Assembly (NCBI RefSeq): GCF_037042905.1
Contig: NC_087250.1
Location: forward strand, 3,908,001-3,972,000
Direction: 5' to 3'
Origin: Lytechinus pictus
Lineage: Eukaryota
DNA length: 64,000 nt
The notes below the pieces were generated by a model. The model worked only from the letters and a program-made list of their open reading frames with translations. It ran no database searches and was not told where the DNA came from. This document shows, piece by piece, positions 63,731 to 64,000 of the stretch. How positions within the stretch are numbered: position 1 is the stretch's first letter; each line of letters starts with the position of its first letter. Made by a program: the position numbers and the translations under genes.

Positions 63731-63870
63731 GCTGGTGTGTACTCCAGTACAGAGAGACTGTTCAATCCTGTATCTGGCAGTCTGCTTGGAGACTCCTTTG
63801 ATGTGCCATCAATGACCTTTGATGTGCCATCAATGACCTTTGACTTAGAAAGTACTGGAATCAAAATGAT
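63731..63870 (+). other. Diverged duplicate of the 3' part of exon 20 and its donor region
   Basis: Translates [34 protein letters not shown] versus exon 20 [27 protein letters not shown]. Confidence 0.9.
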
Positions 63871-64000
63871 GATGATGATGGCGGTGATGATAATGATGTT
63901 GGCAAAGGTGGTGATGATAAGGAGGAGGATGATGATGATGAGGATGGCATTGATAATTTTGATGAGAATGATGGTTATGATAATTTTTATGATGGTGATG

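Noticed and set aside
62989..63864. 291-aa minus-strand poly-Ile/Ser/His ORF
   Set aside because: Antisense translation of the (GAT)n microsatellite and exon 20 copies.

Overview
Eukaryotic (animal) genomic DNA; the repeat families and gene structure suggest a deuterostome invertebrate, probably a sea urchin (inference only). Three zones. (1) 1-16.3 kb: a very homogeneous satellite of ~72 monomers in three classes (229/208/238 bp), partly organised as a 1350-bp higher-order repeat. After a ~580-bp spacer the same satellite reappears inverted, diverged and invaded by nested transposons (16.9-24.2 kb). (2) 24.4-34.6 kb: transposon-dense DNA, with a Tc1/mariner MITE, a palindromic 20-bp minisatellite, and a ~7-kb element whose ~1.1-kb inverted arms carry RFX X-box-like palindromes and end ~160 bp before the gene start. 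(3) 34.7-64 kb: the first 20 coding exons (~1008 codons, frame consistent across all GT-AG junctions) of a synaptojanin gene on the + strand, covering the SAC1, inositol 5-phosphatase and RRM-like domains; the 3' end lies outside the window. The most striking observation is that five splice junctions of this gene have been tandemly amplified together with exon sequence: exon 9 donor x19, exon 10 donor x3, exon 15 donor x2-3, exon 20 acceptor x6 and exon 20 3' end x2. This creates arrays of decoy or poison splice sites and one possible nascent cassette exon. All analysis was by eye; no database searches were run.
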